The notes under the pieces: model-generated
Databases searched by the model: none
Told to the model about the DNA's origin: nothing
Seen by the model: the letters and a program-made list of their open reading frames with translations, nothing else
In this document: one piece after another, positions 59,318 to 64,000 of the stretch
Layout: the number at the start of each line of letters is the position of its first letter
How positions within the stretch are numbered: the first letter of the stretch is position 1
Position numbers and translations under genes: made by a program
Source: an uncultured Nitrospiraceae bacterium
Lineage (GTDB): Bacteria; Nitrospirota; Thermodesulfovibrionia; Thermodesulfovibrionales; Dissulfurispiraceae
Direction: 5' to 3'
Length of the DNA stretch: 64,000 nucleotides
Assembly: GCA_963705105.1 (NCBI GenBank)
Contig: CAVPIW010000005.1
Location: forward strand, 416,001 to 480,000

Positions 59318-60907
59318 ATGGCGTTGAACATTTATAAGACCACAATCCTGTGTTCACTAATGTTGTTCATGCTTTTTGTCCCCATTGTCGTATCGGCGCA
59401 GACCGTCGGTTTCCCTCAGCTCGTGACGGCGCCCTTCGTTTCCGGCCTCGCTCAGCCCGTCCACATCACCCATAGCGGTGACGGATCGGCCAGGCTCTTC
59501 CTGGTCGAGCAGTTGGGGCGCATAAGGATCGTCAGGAACGGGGCCCTGCTGCCCGAGCCTTTCCTCGACATCCGCAACCGTGTGAGCTGCTGCGGCGAGC
59601 GCGGGCTCCTGAGCGTGGCCTTTCCTCCCTCTTTCGCCACCACCGGCCGGTTCTACGTGAACTACACCGACCTGTCCGGCAACACCGTCGTGGCCCGGTA
59701 CAGATTGACTGCCGACCCGGACAGGGCCGACCCTTCCTCGGAAGAGGTGATCCTCAGGGTGACGCAGCCCTTCGCAAACCATAACGGAGGTCAGCTTGCC
59801 TTCGGTCCCGATGGTTTTCTCTATGTCGGCATGGGAGACGGCGGCTCCGGGGGAGACCCTAACAACTTCGCGCAGAATCTCACACCCCTGCCCGGCAACC
59901 AGAGGCTCCTCGGCAAGCTGCTCAGGCTCGACGTGGAGGCCGGCGCCGTCCCTTACGCGATTCCGGTCACCAACCCCCTCATCGGGGGAGCGAGGAGCGA
60001 GATCTGGGCCCTCGGCCTCAGGAATCCCTGGCGGTTTTCCTTTGACAGGCTCACAGGGGACCTCTTTATCGGCGACGTCGGACAGAACGCCTTCGAGGAG
60101 ATCAATTTCCGGCCGTCCGCCTCCGGGGGAGGCGAGAATTACGGATGGCGTCTCATGGAGGGAGCCCACTGCTTCAATCCGCCGGCAGGATGCAACGACG
60201 GCAGCCTTACCCTCCCCGTCTTCGAATACAGCCACGCCGAGGGCTGCTCGGTCACCGGCGGCTTCGTCTATCGGGGCCGGCTGAGGGGACCCGAGGGGAT
60301 TTACCTGCACGGTGATTTCTGCACCGGCCGTATCCGGGGCCTCAAGAACAGCGGCGGCCTATGGCAGGACACCCTTCTCCTTGACACGGCCTTCGGCATT
60401 ACGACATTCGGTGAAGATCAGGATGGCGAGCTGTATGTGAGCGACTGGACGAACGGGACGGTGTCACGCCTGCGCTTCGTCGCACCGCTGCCGTCGGCTC
60501 AGCAGGTCTTCACTCTTCAGCCACGGGCCCTGCCGGTCATGAGCACTGACCCGGCAACGTCAGAGCCGATCGGGTTCGGCTCCTTCATGTCCGGAGGGGC
60601 CACGCTCGGTCTCCGCATCGCCCTGGCGCAGTTCAGCAGCGCCGTCGACGTGTATCTCGGCATCTACGCGCCGTCGGTTGACCCGACTGAAGTCTATCTG
60701 CTGTCCGCGCAGGGGACCTTAAGCCGCGTCTCAGCGGGGCTCGTCCGGTGGAAGAGAAACCTCCTCGATGTCGTCGACGAGATGCCCTTCGGCGAGGTGC
60801 CCCTGTCGATTCTTCCGAAGGGTACCTACACCTTTTACGTCGCCGTCGCGCCGTCTGGCAGGACCGACACCTACGCCATCTGGACAGCGGAGATCTCCAT
60901 TCAGTGA
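59318..60907 (+). CDS. Secreted PQQ-dependent glucose/sorbosone dehydrogenase-like protein with an extra C-terminal domain
   Basis: Signal peptide; ERGLL, NHNGG, GDGG, GLRNPWR.SFD, DVGQ, NYGW, SVTGG. Confidence 0.92.
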   Translation: MALNIYKTTILCSLMLFMLFVPIVVSAQTVGFPQLVTAPFVSGLAQPVHITHSGDGSARLFLVEQLGRIRIVRNGALLPEPFLDIRNRVSCCGERGLLSVAFPPSFATTGRFYVNYTDLSGNTVVARYRLTADPDRADPSSEEVILRVTQPFANHNGGQLAFGPDGFLYVGMGDGGSGGDPNNFAQNLTPLPGNQRLLGKLLRLDVEAGAVPYAIPVTNPLIGGARSEIWALGLRNPWRFSFDRLTGDLFIGDVGQNAFEEINFRPSASGGGENYGWRLMEGAHCFNPPAGCNDGSLTLPVFEYSHAEGCSVTGGFVYRGRLRGPEGIYLHGDFCTGRIRGLKNSGGLWQDTLLLDTAFGITTFGEDQDGELYVSDWTNGTVSRLRFVAPLPSAQQVFTLQPRALPVMSTDPATSEPIGFGSFMSGGATLGLRIALAQFSSAVDVYLGIYAPSVDPTEVYLLSAQGTLSRVSAGLVRWKRNLLDVVDEMPFGEVPLSILPKGTYTFYVAVAPSGRTDTYAIWTAEISIQ

Positions 60908-61011
60908 TAATGTTACTTCACCCTGTCGCATGAAGAGGCGGGGCGATGACGCCTCGAAACAGCAGACAATAGAAAGCAGGCAGTAAACAGGAACCAGCGA
61001 CAAAGGCATAA

Positions 61012-61181
61012 CGGGAAGGCTGATGTGGTGAAAAGCCTTTCCGCTAAGATACCGTATTCGTCACCGGACCACCCTTTGCCGTGTCTATCGATGCCAGGTG
61101 CTCGTCAGGCAACAGGCGCTGAACACCTTGAGATGTCTCATCATCGCCTTGGAAAGGCTTTGAACCATATCAGCCTTCCCG
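61012..61181 (+). mobile_element. Family B palindromic MITE-like element
   Basis: Collinear with 26314-26484; followed by hexamer repeats (GACACC/GACACT) and a family A end at 61242-61261. Confidence 0.9.
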
Positions 61182-61267
61182 GAGACAGCGGTAGTGACAC
61201 CGACACCGACACTGACACTCACACTGTCACTGTTCTTCAGAGCGCTTTGTCCCGCCTTTTCGCGCGG

Positions 61268-62344
61268 TTACTCGTGATCCGCCGTGATGACCCCGCCGCC
61301 GATCACAGCGTCGCCGTCATACAGGACGGCGCTCTGACCGGGTGCGGGCGCCCACTGGGGGAGGTCGAAGCTCACCCTGATGCCCCTGTCATCGACAAGT
61401 GAGATTGTGGCGGGCTCGTCCTTCATAGTCGACCTCACCTTCACTGTCGCCCGGAAGGACCGGTTTGTCCCGCATTCAGGCTCAAAAGGAGGGGTGCCTA
61501 TCCAGTTAAGGTCCGTCACGGCGAAGTCACGCACCATCACCGATTCCCTGGGCCCGACATACACGGCATTCTGCGGCGGGTCTATCCTGACGACGTACAC
61601 GGGTTTTCCCGTTGCGACGAGTCTTTTCCGCTGGCCCAGGGTGTAGCGATGTATCCCCCGGTGCCGGCCGATCTCCTTTCCCGTCCCTAGGTCGATGATA
61701 GGACCCTCCGCATGAGGGGTGACGGCATCGAGGAGCCCGACATAACTCCTCTCTTCGATAAAGCAGATCTCCTGGCTCTCTGGTCTCTGCGCGGCAGGAA
61801 GACCGAGGTCCGCGGCGATGCGGCGCACCTCCTCCTTTTTCCTGTTGCCGAGGGGAAGGACGAGGCATTCCAGCACATAACGACTGAGGACATAGAGGAC
61901 GTAGGACTGGTCCTTTGCCGGATCAATTCCTTTCAGAAGCTGCCCGTCGTGGATCCTCGCGTAATGTCCCGTTGCGATTGCATCGGCGCCGGTGTCGCGG
62001 GCTATTTTGAGGAGATAGGGAAACTTGATGTGGCTGTTGCAGAGGATACAGGGATTCGGTGTCTGTCCCTTCTTGTACGACTCCATGAATGGTTCGATGA
62101 CCAGCTCCATGAAGGCTTCCCTCAGGTCCACGGTGGTGTGTCTGATGCCGAGGACACGGGCGGTGCCTTCGGCATCGCGGACGGAACTGATCGAACAGCA
62201 GGAAGCGTGGGCAAAGGCCTGCCGCAGGCGCGCCTCATAGAGGATGAAGCTCACACCTTCGACATCATACCCCTGCGACTTGAGGAGCCAGGCGGTGACG
62301 GATGAATCGACACCACCGCTCATGCCGACAACGACCCTGCTCAT
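61268..62344 (-). CDS. mnmA: tRNA 2-thiouridine(34) synthase
   Basis: MSGGVDSS, TPNPCILCN, ATGHYA, KDQSY, ESQEICF, PGQSAV.Y. Confidence 0.97.
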   Translation of the reverse strand: MSRVVVGMSGGVDSSVTAWLLKSQGYDVEGVSFILYEARLRQAFAHASCCSISSVRDAEGTARVLGIRHTTVDLREAFMELVIEPFMESYKKGQTPNPCILCNSHIKFPYLLKIARDTGADAIATGHYARIHDGQLLKGIDPAKDQSYVLYVLSRYVLECLVLPLGNRKKEEVRRIAADLGLPAAQRPESQEICFIEERSYVGLLDAVTPHAEGPIIDLGTGKEIGRHRGIHRYTLGQRKRLVATGKPVYVVRIDPPQNAVYVGPRESVMVRDFAVTDLNWIGTPPFEPECGTNRSFRATVKVRSTMKDEPATISLVDDRGIRVSFDLPQWAPAPGQSAVLYDGDAVIGGGVITADHE

Positions 62345-62363
62345 CCTGTCAGACGGCTGTTCC

Positions 62364-63113
62364 TCAGGACCGCGTGACGATCAGGGGAGTCGTCTGGTTC
62401 CGTACCTGGATGGTCGTTCCCCGGCGGAAGAGATCGGGCCAGACCTCTGAAGGCGCCTTGTCGAAGATGGCCCGTTCATCAGCGGCCATGACATACCAGT
62501 CTCCCCGTGCGATCTCCCGTTCGAGCTGCCCGGCGCCCCATCCGGAGTATCCTGCATAGACCCTGAAAGTCACGGGCTTTCCCGCGGCGTCGGCCAGTCG
62601 TTCGAGTTGGGTGATGCTCGAGCTCACATGGACCTGACCGAACACCTTCCGGGCGTCCTCCTGCGGGCCCGCTGATCTGAAAAGGAGGACCATGTTGCTC
62701 ATCGAGACGGGACCCCCGATATGGATGACGTCTTTCTTCTTTCGCAGTCCCTTGATATCGGGGAACACTTCGGCGAGCTTCGTCTCCGTGGGACGGTTGA
62801 TGATAAGGCCCATCGCGCCCCGGCTGTTGTAATCGACAAGCAGAATGACCGCCTCGGCGAATCTGGGGTCCCTGAGTTTCCTGTCAGCGACGAGGAACAT
62901 TCCCTTTGACAGCTCCTGGTCCACCATGGAGCGCCCCTGTGCCGTGGCCGGGGTGGGGTGGTCCGGGGATTGGGGTGATGCATCATCCGCAGCGCCTCCG
63001 GACCATGATGCGGTCAGGAGCACCTGGAGGGAGAGGAGAAGCAGGCCCGCGATGAGAGTCATGGGGAGCGCGGCCCTTCCCATTCCCGTCTTTTTCAGTC
63101 TCTCACGCAGCAC
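62364..63113 (-). CDS. YqgE/AlgH (DUF179) family protein with an N-terminal signal/TM segment
   Basis: LVA...DPRF..AVI, GAMGLIINRP, GGPV, GYSGW..GQLE.EI; start uncertain. Confidence 0.88.
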   Translation of the reverse strand: MLRERLKKTGMGRAALPMTLIAGLLLLSLQVLLTASWSGGAADDASPQSPDHPTPATAQGRSMVDQELSKGMFLVADRKLRDPRFAEAVILLVDYNSRGAMGLIINRPTETKLAEVFPDIKGLRKKKDVIHIGGPVSMSNMVLLFRSAGPQEDARKVFGQVHVSSSITQLERLADAAGKPVTFRVYAGYSGWGAGQLEREIARGDWYVMAADERAIFDKAPSEVWPDLFRRGTTIQVRNQTTPLIVTRS

Positions 63114-63196
63114 GATATCGTCCCTTTCCCTCCGATTTGATGGGATTCAGAAAGCCTCCCGACCCGGTCTTTCCGGAGCACCCTGGCCTGTGTACC

Positions 63197-63296
63197 TTTG
63201 GCGTATAATTCATCTCTCGTTTCGATACAGGAGTCGCCGCATCAAGGTTTTCGGCGCATTCACCCCAACCCCGCCTTTCCGGAAAGCGCATGCAAC
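63197..63296 (-). mobile_element. Family A element, left half, inverted
   Basis: Reverse complement GTTGCA..GGAAAGGCGGGG..ATGCGCCGAAAACCTTGATGCGGCGACTCCTGTATCGAAACGAGAG matches 39503-39590. Confidence 0.85.
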
Positions 63297-63343
63297 CATA
63301 AGGTTTACTGTCTGTCCGTAAAAACATGAAATTCAGTCCTTTT

Positions 63344-63423
63344 GTCATTCCGGCTTGCCCGGAATCGCTCTTTCAGAAGGATTCCCGACAACCCTCATCG
63401 AGCGTGGGGGTTGCGGGAATGAC
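63344..63423. repeat. REP-like palindromic element
   Basis: Inverted copy of 28648-28731. Confidence 0.85.
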
Positions 63424-63482
63424 ATATGAAGAATACTTTTTAGCCATCCCTATTAATCATACACAATGGGGAACGTTTGCCG

Positions 63483-63890
63483 CTATCTGACAGATGTGAT
63501 CTGCACTGTCCCGCTGTCGATGAGCGTATTGTCGGAGCCATAGAGAAAAATGTCTCCCACCCCCGCCTCAATGTCAAACAGGATGATCAAAAGGTGCTGC
63601 CTGATGTGAAGATCGATCACGATTCCCGCCGGTGCGACGTATCCCGAGCCGTGGACCGGCGGACTGTCGACAGTCGTACGGCCGACGATCAGGGAGATGC
63701 CGGAGACATGAAAGAATTCCTTGCCGAAGTCGATGTCGAAGGATAGGTTTCGTATTTCCCGGCCCGCGTCATCGAGAAGGCCCGAAACCTCCCAGGCGAC
63801 GGTATACACCGGCTCGGCAAAGGCAATTGAGGCACCGAGCACGATACAGAGGACGAAAAGGAGACCCGAAAAAAGACTTGCTGCTTTCAT
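63483..63890 (-). CDS. Secreted hypothetical protein (135 aa)
   Basis: AGGAGG RBS before ATG 63890; signal peptide ending AFA. Confidence 0.75.
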   Translation of the reverse strand: MKAASLFSGLLFVLCIVLGASIAFAEPVYTVAWEVSGLLDDAGREIRNLSFDIDFGKEFFHVSGISLIVGRTTVDSPPVHGSGYVAPAGIVIDLHIRQHLLIILFDIEAGVGDIFLYGSDNTLIDSGTVQITSVR

Positions 63891-64000
63891 TTTAATCCTC
63901 CTTACGTTGGTCCTGATTGACGAATACGCCGTCCGGGAATCTCCGCACACGGTGACGCCCGACGGACAATGCATCCCATCCCGGCGAGGAGATGCTCCCG

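Noticed and set aside
61025..61402. 125-aa ORF sharing sequence with the 26192-26560 ORF, as a gene family
   Set aside because: Similarity is confined to the family B DNA repeat, and the ORF runs antisense into mnmA

Overview
GC-rich bacterial chromosome segment. Gene content and repeat types suggest an anaerobic Nitrospirota/Desulfobacterota-like organism (inference only). In order: (1) end of an OmpR-type regulator and a HAMP sensor kinase; (2) a putative sigma54 promoter and tandem GEMM (cyclic-dinucleotide) riboswitches, one intact and one internally deleted, ahead of a Tat-exported group-1a-like [NiFe] hydrogenase, its maturation protease and a secreted mono-heme c protein carried on a stalk of 96-aa repeats; (3) a decayed multiheme cytochrome gene; (4) an ~18.6-kb cobalamin biosynthesis/cobalt uptake operon whose gene junctions are invaded by nested palindromic MITE-like elements that keep reading frames open; (5) two sensor kinases, TauE and a MacAB-like ABC exporter; (6) a collapsed toxin-antitoxin cluster with a group II intron remnant; (7) a SAM methyltransferase whose last 209 bp are duplicated around an 8.5-kb island of secreted cysteine-rich, PASTA and FG-GAP proteins; (8) a B12-radical SAM enzyme and housekeeping genes (nth, ferredoxin, rpsT, holA, lptE, leuS, ccdA, mog, MOSC, PQQ sugar dehydrogenase, mnmA, YqgE/AlgH). 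Best candidates for an undescribed system: the riboswitch-controlled hydrogenase plus stalked cytochrome operon, the frame-preserving nested palindromic elements, and the direct-repeat-bounded cysteine-rich island. All calls come from reading motifs by eye; no searches were run.
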